From Somniosus microcephalus (Eukaryota), in contig CM126224.1 in NCBI GenBank assembly GCA_052327205.1, forward strand, positions 36,580,001-36,644,000: a stretch of 64,000 nucleotides of DNA, read 5' to 3'. The notes beneath the pieces are model-generated. The model worked only from the letters and a program-made list of their open reading frames with translations. It was not told where the DNA came from and made no database searches. The position numbers and the translations under genes are program-made. Each line of letters opens with the position of its first letter. The first letter of the stretch is position 1. This document shows positions 63,084 through 64,000 of the stretch, piece by piece.

Positions 63084-64000
63084 TCTTAGCCAATGATCGC
63101 TCTAAAACTGGAGCTGGCAACTCTCGTCCCATTTCTCTACTCTTTTTCCTTGCACCTTTTTATATTCTTCCTTCTCAAATACTTAACCAATTTCCTGTTC
63201 AGCGACGATGTAATCTCTGCCTCATTATCCACTTGTGGTAGAACATTCATGTTCTAATTACTAAATTCTTCTAACTTCTTCCTTCATTTCTCTAATGATG
63301 ATCCTTGACTCTGTCCCCTTGCTATTTGTAAAATGGTTCTGACGACATGCGGATGCTTCCTCAATGGGTGCTTACGCTGTGGAGTGGGGCTTGCAGGGAG
63401 CGCTGCTCGGGAAACTGAAGGCCCGTAGCCCCTGATTTTCCGTCTGTTTAAGCTGATGATTTCCCAACCAGTATTCCTTAAACGTGCTGCTCCTTGTTGG
63501 CAATGCTCAATTGGATAATCAGCCCTTACATGACTGCGTTGAGTACAACCTCTGAATTTAAGCAACAGATAGCAGGGTTCAGTTGTTAAGTGTTGCAACA
63601 ATATTATTAGAGTAAGTCTTCAACTTTATTATTTTACTTGGTGTCTGATTTTGAAATTGAGGCATCCATGTGATCAGCACAGGGATGCTGTAGGGTTAGT
63701 CCAAAATAGCTATTGGTCCCATGTCTCTCAAAGTAGGTGTACTTTAGGAAGAAGTACTGTCTCCTAAGAAGAAGGACATTTCCACACTGTGGGATGCAGA
63801 TCCTGCCAAACATCACTTAGTCCTCATTGTTGCATCATTTTTTGATTAGTCTGGCTACTTGCCTTTCATGAGCTGGGAGCCTGTCCTGAGATGGAGACCA
63901 TAGTAATGATCTTCACCATGATCACTGTACCTTCTACATGGAGCATAGACATTAAGCATTGTTATCAGCTCTCTCACTATTTGTGCTTTTATTGGCATTG

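Overview
This window is vertebrate genomic DNA, not prokaryotic. Its repeat content (SacSINE1-like DeuSINEs, esterase-bearing CR1, RTE, Penelope-type ends) points to a cartilaginous fish, which is an inference. The whole window lies inside a voltage-gated Ca2+ channel alpha-1 gene on the + strand, best matching CACNA1A (Cav2.1). Two coding exons are visible: 644-749 and 7625-7764. The first is preceded by a minor-spliceosome (U12, AT-AC type) acceptor. Everything after 7764 appears to be one very long intron, since I could not find the next exon. That intron is packed with nested mobile elements: CR1, L2 and RTE LINEs, a tRNA-headed LINE, two SINE families, PIF/Harbinger-like and Tc1/mariner-like MITEs, solo LTRs and Penelope-type fold-back elements. 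The most notable features are a young ~480-bp fold-back insertion with an 11-bp target-site duplication (TSD) and a minimal hammerhead-ribozyme motif (62563-63083), a LINE that seems to start with a Pol III tRNA-like head, and MITE families carrying repeated RFX- and CRE-like motifs. Almost all ORF-track entries are spurious or TE-derived. Family names come from recognition by eye, not from database searches.
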